Virus record (IMG/VR): IMGVR_UViG_3300019487_000001 | Span: 1 to 64,000 of that record | Source: a virus | DNA: 64,000 nt | Strand: one strand, 5' to 3' | Shown: piece after piece, positions 9,335-17,466 of the stretch | Numbering within the stretch: position 1 is the stretch's first letter | Layout of the letters: every line of letters begins with the position of its first letter | The notes under the pieces: generated by a model | The model's database searches: none | Seen by the model: only the letters and a program-made list of their open reading frames with translations | Told to the model about the DNA's origin: nothing | Made by a program: the position numbers and the translations under genes

Positions 9335-9982
9335 TTAGAACTCGTCATCCTCCGAATCTTCTGAATCAATAGGAGGCTCAGGATGCTCCTCCTCATCTTC
9401 GTCTACGCTAACTTGCTTAGGACTTCTGACACTGACAAGATAGTCTACCAGTTCTTGTGCTGTAAATAAAGGGTCAAGTTCAATACCAGCTGCTTTTAAT
9501 GCTTCGGCTGACTGGCCCTTGCTACCATCAACGATGGCCAAGATTTTGACAATCTTAAAGTTATTACGGCGTTGCTCATTGATGAAGTTATTCTCTTGGT
9601 TACCCAGGCCAGTGAAAATGGTTGTCAGCATGGCCGCTTCGGTACCCTCGGCGCTGCCCTCACTAAAGTGAGGACACTCAAGCTCGGTACCCATCGCATG
9701 AGCAACGGTCAATAGAGAAGAAGCGAGCCAAGTGGAAGTCGGATTCTCCGGCACATCTAGCACCGTGGATGGATAGCACCTGACAGATTTTTGAAGCTTC
9801 TTATGCAAGAGCAAAGAGGTGTACCACAGGACTTCCTGTTGGTCAATGGCTTGGTCCAGAAGCTCCGGGTCTAGTTCATAGGTATCTGGAGCGTCCACCT
9901 TGGCACGAAAGATCTCTCGAGCTAGGAGGGACCTAAGAAAATTAGATAAGATTACTGCTTCATCTTTAATAACTTCGGTCAT
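9335..9982 (-). CDS. hypothetical protein with acidic C-terminal tail
   Basis: 215-aa ORF ending DSEDSEDDEF, overlapping the upstream DHH gene stop by 4 nt. Confidence 0.6.
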   Translation of the reverse strand: MTEVIKDEAVILSNFLRSLLAREIFRAKVDAPDTYELDPELLDQAIDQQEVLWYTSLLLHKKLQKSVRCYPSTVLDVPENPTSTWLASSLLTVAHAMGTELECPHFSEGSAEGTEAAMLTTIFTGLGNQENNFINEQRRNNFKIVKILAIVDGSKGQSAEALKAAGIELDPLFTAQELVDYLVSVRSPKQVSVDEDEEEHPEPPIDSEDSEDDEF

Positions 9983-10902
9983 TGGGAATCGCCTTTCTTC
10001 TTGCGGGGTTTCTTGGCTTTCTTTTCCTCTACACCAGTCTGTAGCTGTACGGTAGGCAACTCTACAGGTTTAGATGTGTCCAAAATTTTATTGGTTTGGA
10101 ACCCTGCAGCGTTCTTATGGCCACCACCCGAGCTAGCCAGGCCAGCGGCGACTAACTGTTTAGCAATGATACCTACATGCACCGCGTTAGGGTCTGTATT
10201 AAGAGACCGTAAGGACCAGATGTACTCTCCATCTTTATTGACATAGTACGTGGCACTAAACGGGTGGTGCTTAGCGAAGTGATTACCCATCTCTGACTGA
10301 TAGATCTGGGTATTAACTATAGGTATCTTGTGGGTGCCTATAAAGCCCATTACCGCACTCTTCTCCATGCGGTGGACCTGCTGCTCAACATAGCGCAATA
10401 GGATCTTCCCATCCTCTATTAGGCGCTCACAATCGATTTTATCCCACACATGGAAGTCATTAGCATATGAGTTCAGGGCATAGCCTACCTCCTCACTGAA
10501 GGGTAGTGAGAACTTCCAGAGATCTCTGTCTTGAACGTATAGGAGTAGGGGTGGAGGGGGTTCGGTAGGATGGAAATGGTTCCAGGCCAGGACGGCGCCG
10601 GACTTAGACATGTCAAAGGTGGCAAAATCTAGACCTGCCAGTTCCTTTTGAGCTGTATCATGATGATCTAATACCAGGAGGCTCTTAGCCTTCTTGTGCA
10701 TAGCTATTAGATCTTTGCGTGAATAGGAAAAGTCTACGATGTAGACTTCACGACCGGTAACATCGGGGGGAGGACTGCCGAACTTGACAGGAATGTAGTC
10801 GGCCTGATCGCCTAGCTTACGCCAGGCAGCATAAGCTGCGCCGAATCCATCGGAACACCCAGCATGGTAAAGAATCATTGGCCGTAGTGCTAATTCGGAC
10901 AT
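9979..10902 (-). CDS. DHH/DHHA1 family phosphoesterase
   Basis: DHH motif VLDHHDT, DHHA1 motif GGGHKNAAGF, N-terminal HAGCSDGFGAA. Confidence 0.8.
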   Translation of the reverse strand: MSELALRPMILYHAGCSDGFGAAYAAWRKLGDQADYIPVKFGSPPPDVTGREVYIVDFSYSRKDLIAMHKKAKSLLVLDHHDTAQKELAGLDFATFDMSKSGAVLAWNHFHPTEPPPPLLLYVQDRDLWKFSLPFSEEVGYALNSYANDFHVWDKIDCERLIEDGKILLRYVEQQVHRMEKSAVMGFIGTHKIPIVNTQIYQSEMGNHFAKHHPFSATYYVNKDGEYIWSLRSLNTDPNAVHVGIIAKQLVAAGLASSGGGHKNAAGFQTNKILDTSKPVELPTVQLQTGVEEKKAKKPRKKKGDSQ

Positions 10903-10986
10903 CCATGGAATCCTTCAACAAAATTCATCTGACAATACCAGTAAGTGACACCAGTGTCATTTCGAAGCATTGTATATCAAAACGTG

Positions 10987-11694
10987 TTACGCTGTCAAGC
11001 TTCCGAACCGGCCACCTTTTCTATCAATGTTAACCTGTTCTTTCACTTCTTCGTGTAATCTTAAGGCCTGCTCTCTAAGCGCGATGGCCTGGGCTTTGAA
11101 ATGGCTATTGATGATGACGTCTTTGCCAATCATTAGGCTGGCACTAAGTTCTTTAGCAATTTGAGTGTCAATGTCCTTGAGTAGTCTCTCTCTCGTCAAG
11201 GCATTCTCTTTCAGTTTGGCTGCTTCCAGCTGCTCAAAACTGATCTCGAGATGGCGAGCCAGTCTGTCACGGAGACCAACCACATTCTGAATGACATCGT
11301 TAACCGCAGCCGAGTTCTCGGTCACAATGTGGAAGTAGAACACTTGGACTGTAACAGAACACACCATAAGATTACGGCGACGGATCTCTTCTAGCTGACT
11401 TTCAACGAGGTCCTCGATATACTTCTTTCTGTCCCCGCTAACGACCAGACCAAAGCCTGCGTTGATACATGAGTTCTTAATAGCACGGTAGCTCCGGCTA
11501 TAGAACCGCTCGATCCACTTAGTCTCATCACGGTCCCGGAAGTGTTTAGTCTCCCGCACCACCTCGCGCTCTGGCGCAAGCTCGATCGTCTCACGTTCGA
11601 TACGCTTGGCTCTGTCAAGCTTGAAAACGGGTAACACAACGTAACAATCACTTGCTACTTTGTACTGCTGCTCTGTCGATATGGTAGTTGGCAT
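10987..11694 (-). CDS. hypothetical protein with C-terminal RFxxL motif
   Basis: 235-aa ORF ending ..RKGGRFGSLTA. Confidence 0.6.
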   Translation of the reverse strand: MPTTISTEQQYKVASDCYVVLPVFKLDRAKRIERETIELAPEREVVRETKHFRDRDETKWIERFYSRSYRAIKNSCINAGFGLVVSGDRKKYIEDLVESQLEEIRRRNLMVCSVTVQVFYFHIVTENSAAVNDVIQNVVGLRDRLARHLEISFEQLEAAKLKENALTRERLLKDIDTQIAKELSASLMIGKDVIINSHFKAQAIALREQALRLHEEVKEQVNIDRKGGRFGSLTA

Positions 11695-11702
11695 AGAACC
11701 TC

Positions 11703-12059
11703 TTATGATTTAAAGTCAATTACTTTTATACGTTCCCTTGAAAAACCTCCGGCCATCCAAGCCTCAGACTTGGTAGAACGCAAAGCTTCCTGGAGTGAAG
11801 GGATGGTACCGAGATCTTCTATGACGTGCTGCTCGGCAACATCTCTAACTGAAATAACCTTGCCATCACTATTAGTAATGGTTGTCCCGAAGGCTTGTTC
11901 ACACAGAAAGATACCGAATGAATTATGCAGTATCAATCGGTGTCTCACATCCGGCACATGAGCCTTCGTTTGATCCATCCAGTTATGGATTGGGAGATAA
12001 TCTTCCGGTTTACCTCCCAACTTTCGGGCGCTATTCTCAGCGTGATTGTAGGGCTTCAT
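11703..12059 (-). CDS. hypothetical protein
   Basis: 118-aa ORF, abuts the upstream gene. Confidence 0.55.
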   Translation of the reverse strand: MKPYNHAENSARKLGGKPEDYLPIHNWMDQTKAHVPDVRHRLILHNSFGIFLCEQAFGTTITNSDGKVISVRDVAEQHVIEDLGTIPSLQEALRSTKSEAWMAGGFSRERIKVIDFKS

Positions 12060-12551
12060 TTAGTCATGCTCACAATCTTCCGTTGATACACCATCACGAT
12101 CAACGGTTACTGCTTTATGGTCACCAAATTGCTCGTACACTACATCCTGAAGGACTTGTAATGTATTCTGAAGCTGGAGCAGTTCTTTACACATTTCCGG
12201 ATGAGACTCGATTATCTGTTCTGGAGTGAGCTTCTTACCGAACTCCTCTTCTGAGAGATTGTCATTCTCATACTCATCAGCGTGCAGTAGGGGTTCATTA
12301 TTGGGATGATCACTAACACTATAATTAATACCGTGAATTTTAACGTAGAGATATCCTACACTGAATGTGCAGGGGGATCCGTCATTAAAGTGCGGAGTAT
12401 ACTGGGTCCAATGGATATTTTGTATGAGAGGATAGCGTCTTATCAGCGTAAGAAGGGAGCGCTCGAAGATTTCCATTCCTTCGGTTATGAGCTGGTCTCT
12501 TTTGATGTTGAGCTCAGTTAAGCGCTCAACTAAACGTTCAAGCATTGACAT
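12060..12551 (-). CDS. hypothetical protein
   Basis: 163-aa ORF, stop/start-coupled on both sides. Confidence 0.6.
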   Translation of the reverse strand: MSMLERLVERLTELNIKRDQLITEGMEIFERSLLTLIRRYPLIQNIHWTQYTPHFNDGSPCTFSVGYLYVKIHGINYSVSDHPNNEPLLHADEYENDNLSEEEFGKKLTPEQIIESHPEMCKELLQLQNTLQVLQDVVYEQFGDHKAVTVDRDGVSTEDCEHD

Positions 12552-12772
12552 TAGGCTATAGTCTCATCTGCAAGGACTTCTCTTAAAGCATTAGCCAGAG
12601 TTTGTAGGCGCCACATAGAACGCTGCTTCTCGGTAAGCTTATCGTTTTCAGCTTCGAGCTCTTGACAACGATCGACTAAGTAAACAATAAACTTCTCGTC
12701 TTCACTAAGTCTTTTGTGCTGATTTTGTTTCCCCTGTAACTCTAGGACTCTCGCTATTAACTTTGGTTTCAT
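12551..12772 (-). CDS. hypothetical coiled-coil protein
   Basis: 73-aa ORF. Confidence 0.5.
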   Translation of the reverse strand: MKPKLIARVLELQGKQNQHKRLSEDEKFIVYLVDRCQELEAENDKLTEKQRSMWRLQTLANALREVLADETIA

Positions 12773-13027
12773 CTTCTATCTCCACAAATTCAATATTGTC
12801 AATTTTAATACGCGGATGCTCGTAAGTGTGCTCGCAGATGCTTCCCCCTTTGCTGGCAGGCTTCATCGCGCCACACACCTTGCACTTAGCGTAGGTTCTT
12901 TTCAGAGTATACCACGTTCCTTATAAAAGATTCCGAAAGCGATTTTTGTCAGGAAGAATCTCGGAATCAACTTCCTCTAACTCGCCGCAGAATTTTTTTC
13001 TCCATTTTGGATGCCTATAGGCTAAAC

Positions 13028-13474
13028 CTATCGCAATACTGATCTCACCCTCATTAATATGTGTCCTAACATATTTTTGCCACTACCATCGCCATTGTCG
13101 CCCCAGTAAGAATCGTTCCTGGTGTGCTCGATTAGGAATGCGTCGCCAGTTGAAAGAAGTTGTAATTGAAGTTCTGGGTGTTGCATAAACTTAGCTAAAA
13201 CAGCTCGGTACATAATACCATTCTTTACTTCTTCCCAATCCTGGCGTAAACCTCTCGTGGGGTCACGTCCCATTTGTGCCGCCATTTTCGGAGAGTTAAC
13301 GGCACGAATCAATTCCTTATAACTCTCATCCTTGAACTTTTGTGCCTGAAAGTAGTGCTCGCTGGTTGGCCAAACAACACCGTCTATTGTAACTGGATAA
13401 GAAGCAAAGTTAGAAAAGCATCCGAAAGGGTCTTTAACTCGATAGAATTTTATGCTTTTCATATAATACCACAC
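13028..13474 (-). CDS. NADAR (YbiA/DUF1768) family ADP-ribose-processing enzyme
   Basis: FYRVKDPFGCFSNF, WPTSEHYFQAQKF and NDSYWGDNGDGSGKNMLG match the NADAR signature. GTG at 13474 abuts the upstream stop; an alternative ATG lies at 13462. Confidence 0.8.
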   Translation of the reverse strand: MWYYMKSIKFYRVKDPFGCFSNFASYPVTIDGVVWPTSEHYFQAQKFKDESYKELIRAVNSPKMAAQMGRDPTRGLRQDWEEVKNGIMYRAVLAKFMQHPELQLQLLSTGDAFLIEHTRNDSYWGDNGDGSGKNMLGHILMRVRSVLR

Positions 13475-14578
13475 TCAAGCCGGTAAAACCAGTTCGTCAA
13501 TGACGGGTGTTCCGTGCCATAGTCTTAGCTGGCCGTGCCATACTGCACCGGGTTCATCTTTTTTTCGCATCAATATATAATTCAACTGACGCCTCGTGCC
13601 AATACTCTCCGTATATAAGGATACTATACTACACCACGTACCGGAGTTAAAGTATTCACCCAGGTCCGGGATCCTCTTATAGCCAGCCTTATGGTTATGC
13701 GCCAGAACTACCAGGCCCTCGCTCTTGGCCTCTATAGCCTCACTCATCTCACGGAGAATCATTTCGGCCCTACCCTCGAGGGTGGACTGTCCTACGCTCT
13801 TTCTGAGAATGGAGTACGTCGGACGAAACTTTGACTTGACCGACATGTTCTTATTGAAGAGAGCGTTGTAGATTACAAACCATGAGATCTTTAAGCCTAG
13901 ACCGGTAAGCCAGATGGGCTTAGAGAAGAGAGTTCGGAAGATCCAGGCAGGTATAGGGCGAACGACATCTAAGTAGGGACAGTCTTGTTTGACGGGATTT
14001 AATAGGTGAGTGATCCAGTAGTATCCCCATGGTGCATCTATAATCTGGGCTGCATTTTCTTCATCCACATGCCAGAGCGATTCACCCTGTTGCCCGTGTT
14101 CTATGTGAAAGTTATCTCCGATGTAGCGAAACTTGTTATACTCAGTATACCGTTCAGGATCTATCTCCAGGAGCTTGGTAAAGAAATACCTATGTGCTTC
14201 TGCGAGAGCGAGACCCATGTCATGGTTGCCCACGATGTAACGGAACTTATGCTTTGGATTCTTAAGCCACTTAGCGATAAACTTGAAAAGTCCCAAGTGG
14301 CCACGATATACTTTGTCGAGCTGGGCAATGACGAAGGCTGCCTCGAGCTTATCAGGGAAGCCACCATCGACTGGGACCTGGAGTAGATCTAGGAAGTCAC
14401 CGTTAGCTACAAACTCAACCTCATCAGCACCAATCTTATCGGCATCATATGTAGTTAGGAGTTCGACGAGTTTGCCGTCTCGAGTGAAGTTCTCTAGAGA
14501 ATTGAGTTGGCCATTCTCGAGATAGACACCCTCCCCGATGTGGGTGTCAGAGATAACAACCTTAAAGCTTTCTCCCAT
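13475..14578 (-). CDS. calcineurin-like metallophosphoesterase
   Basis: Motifs ISDTHIG (DxH), ANGDFLD (GD), GNHDMG (GNHD), and later EHGQ and AHNH histidines. Start overlaps the RT stop by 17 nt. Confidence 0.8.
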   Translation of the reverse strand: MGESFKVVISDTHIGEGVYLENGQLNSLENFTRDGKLVELLTTYDADKIGADEVEFVANGDFLDLLQVPVDGGFPDKLEAAFVIAQLDKVYRGHLGLFKFIAKWLKNPKHKFRYIVGNHDMGLALAEAHRYFFTKLLEIDPERYTEYNKFRYIGDNFHIEHGQQGESLWHVDEENAAQIIDAPWGYYWITHLLNPVKQDCPYLDVVRPIPAWIFRTLFSKPIWLTGLGLKISWFVIYNALFNKNMSVKSKFRPTYSILRKSVGQSTLEGRAEMILREMSEAIEAKSEGLVVLAHNHKAGYKRIPDLGEYFNSGTWCSIVSLYTESIGTRRQLNYILMRKKDEPGAVWHGQLRLWHGTPVIDELVLPA

Positions 14579-15551
14579 AGTCTTTATCCACCAAAGAGTT
14601 ATAGCTCTTAATCAATTTAACATACTGAGCCATATTTATATGTCGAACCCAAGACAACTTCCCTAGGATATGCTCATCGAGATGCTTCCTATCTTTGGCG
14701 AAGTGAAACAGCTGGCCCTCTATGTGCTCACAATACCTCTTAGTGAGAGCGAGAGTCCCATCATTATAGACTATAAACTTATTGGAAATCAGTAAACGAT
14801 TCTCATTACGGACAACAAGCTGAGACTTTTTATAATTAAGTTGCATGTAACCTAGAGTGTTCAGGATCTCTTCGACATGCTCCAGGATGTTTACAAAGAA
14901 TTCTTTGGCATGGATTCTATCTCCACGACCAGAGAAAAGGATGTCATCTGCGTACCGTGTATATGAATTACTTTTGATCGAGCTTAGTGGACCGGTCCTA
15001 TTCATCATTAGGGCTTGGCCTAGGTGTTGCATCGCCGTATCAAAGCTTTTTAATACAAGGTTAGACAAGAGCGGTGAACTGGGGGCGCCTTGCGGTAAGC
15101 CGCCTTCAAAGGTACACAGCTCTGCTATGTCACGCAGGAATTTATTGTGGTATCCAGGCGAACGCGGAATGCGGCGGTCGACTTCTTCTTTCAAGTTAAC
15201 TCTGAGTGCCTCTGTTATCAATAGAGGATGACAGGAGGGAAAGAAGTCCTTGATATCAAGGGCTACAACAAAGTCCGCTTTAGCATGGGCTTGGAGATGA
15301 GATTTAAGACCACGCCCGGGAATATAGGCACAGGCACCAGGTGGATACTCAATATATCTACCATTTAGATTGGTAACTATGAACTCTTGAAGTTCACGTA
15401 GAGCTCCCAGCGGTTCACAGATCATGCGCTTCTTGCCATTGGGCTTGGGAATATATCGTATATGATACATCCCACGCTTGTTTGCTATGATATCGGGTAT
15501 GGCAAAGCCCATCGAGTTAGAAAACTCGTAAAACTTAGAGGCATAAAGCAT
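14562..15551 (-). CDS. reverse transcriptase, stand-alone retron/Abi-like
   Basis: RT motifs IPKPNGKKRMICEP, LDIKDFFPS, LPQGAPSSPLLSN, YTRYADDILFSG (YADD codons 14943-14954). 329 aa with no fused domain. Confidence 0.9.
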   Translation of the reverse strand: MLYASKFYEFSNSMGFAIPDIIANKRGMYHIRYIPKPNGKKRMICEPLGALRELQEFIVTNLNGRYIEYPPGACAYIPGRGLKSHLQAHAKADFVVALDIKDFFPSCHPLLITEALRVNLKEEVDRRIPRSPGYHNKFLRDIAELCTFEGGLPQGAPSSPLLSNLVLKSFDTAMQHLGQALMMNRTGPLSSIKSNSYTRYADDILFSGRGDRIHAKEFFVNILEHVEEILNTLGYMQLNYKKSQLVVRNENRLLISNKFIVYNDGTLALTKRYCEHIEGQLFHFAKDRKHLDEHILGKLSWVRHINMAQYVKLIKSYNSLVDKDYGRKL

Positions 15552-15569
15552 CCAGGAGATCCCTTATAA

Positions 15570-15815
15570 TTACTTAGCGGGTCGAGGGGAAGGCTTCTGA
15601 GAGCGCTGAACGTTCTTGGCTTGGGGCTTTGTGTTACCATTAACGGTGGCCTCAACCAATTCGAATTCAACTTCCTCGTTCATCTTCAGAGTCTTGAACT
15701 CATTCTCTTCACTTTGAATCTCGGCGAAGTGGACAAAAATATCAGCTTCCACTCCCTCAGCTAGAATAAATCCAAAACCCTTCTTCGCATCAAACCATTT
15801 AACTTTACCCTTCAT
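15570..15815 (-). CDS. cold-shock domain protein (CspA family)
   Basis: [16 protein letters not shown] (RNP1-like) and DIFVHF (RNP2-like). Ends 18 nt upstream of the RT start. Confidence 0.9.
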   Translation of the reverse strand: MKGKVKWFDAKKGFGFILAEGVEADIFVHFAEIQSEENEFKTLKMNEEVEFELVEATVNGNTKPQAKNVQRSQKPSPRPAK

Positions 15816-15868
15816 AAAAATTAAACTCTCCTTTAATTCTTCCTCCCCGATCTGAAGTTCCCCTCTAG

Positions 15869-16198
15869 TTAGAAGGGCTCTTTGCCAAACTCGGCTGCTG
15901 CGGAAGTAGTCTTTTTGGCCACCGGGGCCGGAGAGGATCCCTGCTCTTTCCAGGCCGCGAAGCTCTGGATCACACGATCGTTGATATTAGCGAGCAAGTC
16001 TTTGTCAGTGACGAACACCTGGTTGTACCACTTGGTATCCTTGCCCTGGCTCCGTGGGAACGAGAGGAAAGGACCGTTGGTACCGTCATTGACGGTGCAA
16101 TGGACTTCTAACACATCATTAAAGGTAACAGTAACACCTGCGAGAATCTTGCCTGCGGTAACAGAACGAAACTTAAGATTAGTAACTTCGATCGACAT
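15869..16198 (-). CDS. spoVG: SpoVG-family nucleic-acid-binding protein
   Basis: [43 protein letters not shown] parallels B. subtilis SpoVG [40 protein letters not shown]. Confidence 0.7.
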   Translation of the reverse strand: MSIEVTNLKFRSVTAGKILAGVTVTFNDVLEVHCTVNDGTNGPFLSFPRSQGKDTKWYNQVFVTDKDLLANINDRVIQSFAAWKEQGSSPAPVAKKTTSAAAEFGKEPF

Positions 16199-16231
16199 AA
16201 AACCTCCGTGTTTAATTTGTTCCTAATAGGA

Positions 16232-16276
16232 TATACGAATAAGCGTATAAAACCATTTTATACGATCTTGCGTATA
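16232..16276. promoter_or_regulatory. two identical palindromic operator-like sites TATACG-N6-CGTATA
   Basis: Sites at 16232-16249 and 16259-16276, centres 27 bp apart. One overlaps the spacer/-10 of the predicted promoter; the other covers the expected transcription start. Confidence 0.45.
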
Positions 16277-16283
16277 TTTTCAA
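16255..16283 (-). promoter_or_regulatory. sigma70-like promoter for the spoVG-csp-RT operon
   Basis: Minus strand reads TTGAAA-17 nt-TAAAAT. An RBS GGAGG precedes the spoVG ATG about 50 nt downstream. Confidence 0.45.
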
Positions 16284-16540
16284 TCTAAATTCTCCGGTAA
16301 CCAAGCGCTCCTAGGGGTCCGTTTACTCTGGAAACTCTTTCTCGCGGGCCTCTTATGCCAAATAGCTAGGATGACTCCCACGAGCGATATCACGTTCGCC
16401 AATACCTGCAACGTCCTTATGATTCTGCCCATGCTCGATTCTCATTTTTCTTTTTCGCTTAAGTGTGGTGTTATCTATTTTATACTTTCTTTTATAACTT
16501 CAATCTACAACTCTTGCGGAGCAAGGGGCGTAGACCGGGG

Positions 16541-16957
16541 CTACAAATCTAGGTTACTAAACCTTCCCTTGGCTTTGTTCTTTCTGGTCTTCCTAAACGG
16601 TTTGGGCTTATGTTTATTAAGCCTTACTTCGTAGCGTTCTGTGTGAGCCCTAACCGTAGCCTTGATCATCTGATCTCTCTCTTTGCCAGTAAGGTTCTTG
16701 ACATCAGCTCTATTGGTAACGTGGAGGATAGCTTTCCAATCTATGCAACGATGAACCCTATTAGCAGTAGAAGGGTTATACTCATGAAACTTCCTGCACG
16801 CTAACATTTCCTGATGAACAAGTTGCTGTATCTTGGGGCAAAACCAAGCCACGTCCTCGTCACTATAGACCAAAGCTTGTGGCCTAAAGATACAGTTACC
16901 ACAGAGTCTGGGGATACGTATGATCTTATTGTTCGACTCGGTTTTACTATTAGACAC
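16541..16957 (-). CDS. Cys-containing hypothetical protein with C-terminal RFxxL motif
   Basis: 138-aa ORF ending ..KAKGRFSNLDL. Confidence 0.55.
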   Translation of the reverse strand: MSNSKTESNNKIIRIPRLCGNCIFRPQALVYSDEDVAWFCPKIQQLVHQEMLACRKFHEYNPSTANRVHRCIDWKAILHVTNRADVKNLTGKERDQMIKATVRAHTERYEVRLNKHKPKPFRKTRKNKAKGRFSNLDL

Positions 16958-16965
16958 AGCTCACC

Positions 16966-17196
16966 CTATACAGGAGAAATTTTATAGCTTAGACTAAGCC
17001 CGACCAAATCCTCAAGCTCTAAAAATATAGCTCCAACTTCTTCTGGCGATTCCGTGTTAATCTCTGCTGTGCATTTCTCTGAGTTGACAACCGCATTCAA
17101 CCTGTTGCCTAGGTAATAGCACAACTCACCGTGTAGTCCCTCACCTATGGCTCTGCCGCCTCTGCGCTTCCAGGACAAAACAACCTTGTAACTCAT
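16966..17196 (-). CDS. hypothetical protein
   Basis: 76-aa ORF preceded by GGAGGA. Confidence 0.45.
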   Translation of the reverse strand: MSYKVVLSWKRRGGRAIGEGLHGELCYYLGNRLNAVVNSEKCTAEINTESPEEVGAIFLELEDLVGLSLSYKISPV

Positions 17197-17282
17197 CGGT
17201 TCCTCCTAAATAACTACACGACGGTCACACATCGGTGACCACCGGTAGGAAACTTATTCAGTTGTAAAACCGATAATTTCGT

Positions 17283-17358
17283 CCTGGCAGGGATTCGAAC
17301 CCCACTCCTCCCTCAAGCACATAGCTCAGAAGCTATGCCTCTTTGGGGACTGCACCAT
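17283..17358 (-). ncRNA. tRNA-like element (T-arm plus one hairpin), not a canonical tRNA
   Basis: Minus strand has UGGGG-UUCGAAU-CCCUG, whose G.U pairs would be C.A mismatches on the plus strand. A 6-bp hairpin catagc/gctatg lies upstream. No acceptor stem can be closed, and the hairpin loop is 6 nt. Confidence 0.25.
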
Positions 17359-17466
17359 ACAACACAGGTCGTTGTTATATTGCTCTATCCAAGGCAGTAT
17401 AACCTAAAACAATTCCAAATACAAGCTTATCTAGTAGCTTTGCCACAATGCAGTACCAAGCGCTTC

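Noticed and set aside
3305-9338. Long antisense plus-strand ORFs within minus-strand genes (3305..3769, 4273..4620, 5555..6031, 6545..6955, 8823..9338)
   Set aside because: Each lies wholly inside a better-supported minus-strand gene that has recognisable motifs or operon coupling. None has an RBS.
12773-12920. Zinc-ribbon-like reading frame (..KRTYAKCKVCGAMKPASKGGSICEHTYEHP..) between NADAR and ORF 12551..12772
   Set aside because: There is no ATG, GTG or TTG before the first CxxC. The only ATG would remove half the putative zinc site, and the frame overlaps the next gene. Evidence for a CDS is insufficient.
14562-15551. RT as part of a diversity-generating retroelement or a group II intron
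   Set aside because: The motif 4 region reads QGAPSSP, not the DGR-type variant. I found no template/variable repeat pair. The ORF is flanked within 18 nt by, or overlapped by, ordinary coding genes, leaving no room for intron RNA domains.
17283-17358. Canonical tRNA gene on the minus strand (GGTTCGAATCC T-loop, hairpin with a CUG-containing loop)
   Set aside because: No 7-bp acceptor stem can be formed with any upstream segment. No D-arm pairs. The putative anticodon loop is 6 nt (or 8), not 7. Kept only as a low-confidence tRNA-like element.
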